Below are positions 54,432-54,470 of a stretch of 54,470 nucleotides of DNA, in pieces. The first letter of the stretch is position 1, and each line of letters opens with the position of its first letter. The position numbers and the translations under genes are program-made. The notes under the pieces were generated by a model. That model had not been told where the DNA came from, did no database searches, and was given only the letters and a program-made list of their open reading frames with translations. Origin of the DNA: an uncultured bacterium (lineage in GTDB: Bacteria > Eisenbacteria > RBG-16-71-46 > CAIMUX01 > WJJG01); NCBI GenBank assembly GCA_964388535.1, contig CAYMBA010000002.1, positions 1-54,470 on the forward strand. Direction: 5' to 3'.

Positions 54432-54470
54432 GGTCCGAATGAGGGTAATCAGGTAGTCGAGGTCTGCAGC

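Overview
This window reads as the backbone of a conjugative plasmid or ICE-like element from a high-G+C bacterium. Most genes are on the minus strand, and two visibly lower-G+C accessory blocks interrupt the backbone. All calls rest on motif reading by eye; no searches were run.

Layout, left to right:
- 1-209: 5' end of a class-C-like group II intron (minus strand), inserted right after a terminator hairpin.
- 282-642: a decayed tyrosine-recombinase remnant.
- 611-8675: a lower-G+C three-gene operon with a SUKH/SMI1 protein, an unknown 413-aa protein and a 1589-aa zinc-ribbon DEAH helicase with S1 repeats, plus one small ORF.
- 9435-14721: an operon of histidine kinase, Cas4-like 4-Cys nuclease, two paralogous OmpR-type response regulators (the second lacks the phospho-acceptor Asp) and a DnaB-like ATPase.
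- 14870-26754: a minimal type IV secretion/conjugation block. It holds a replication-relaxation-family protein, coupling ATPase, M23 peptidase, VirB4-like ATPase, VirB3-like and VirB6-like membrane proteins, and a tandem-duplicated pilin-like protein.
- 26755-28690: an ORF-poor region of about 1.9 kb.
- 28296-31709: parAB with three copies of a 26-bp palindrome.
- 32177-37173: a plus-strand module of AAA ATPase, RHH protein, antirepressor-like protein and a Rep-like protein with a DnaA-N-like C-terminus. It sits behind a GAAC-N4-GTTC box. The rep gene contains 21-bp-phased repeats followed by an AT-rich stretch.
- about 37.2-46.4 kb: a lower-G+C block that looks like an integrase-less integron-type cassette array, with attC-like sites after consecutive ORFs. 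Two IS110-family elements are inserted in it.
- 46626-54431: a MoxR/VWA cluster, a PIN/Phd toxin-antitoxin pair and a DnaG-type primase.

No rRNA, tRNA or CRISPR array was seen.

The most interesting candidates are:
- the attC-like cassette array with its IS110 insertions;
- the intragenic iteron-like origin;
- the SUKH/unknown/DEAH-S1 helicase operon;
- the kinase-nuclease-regulator-DnaB operon.
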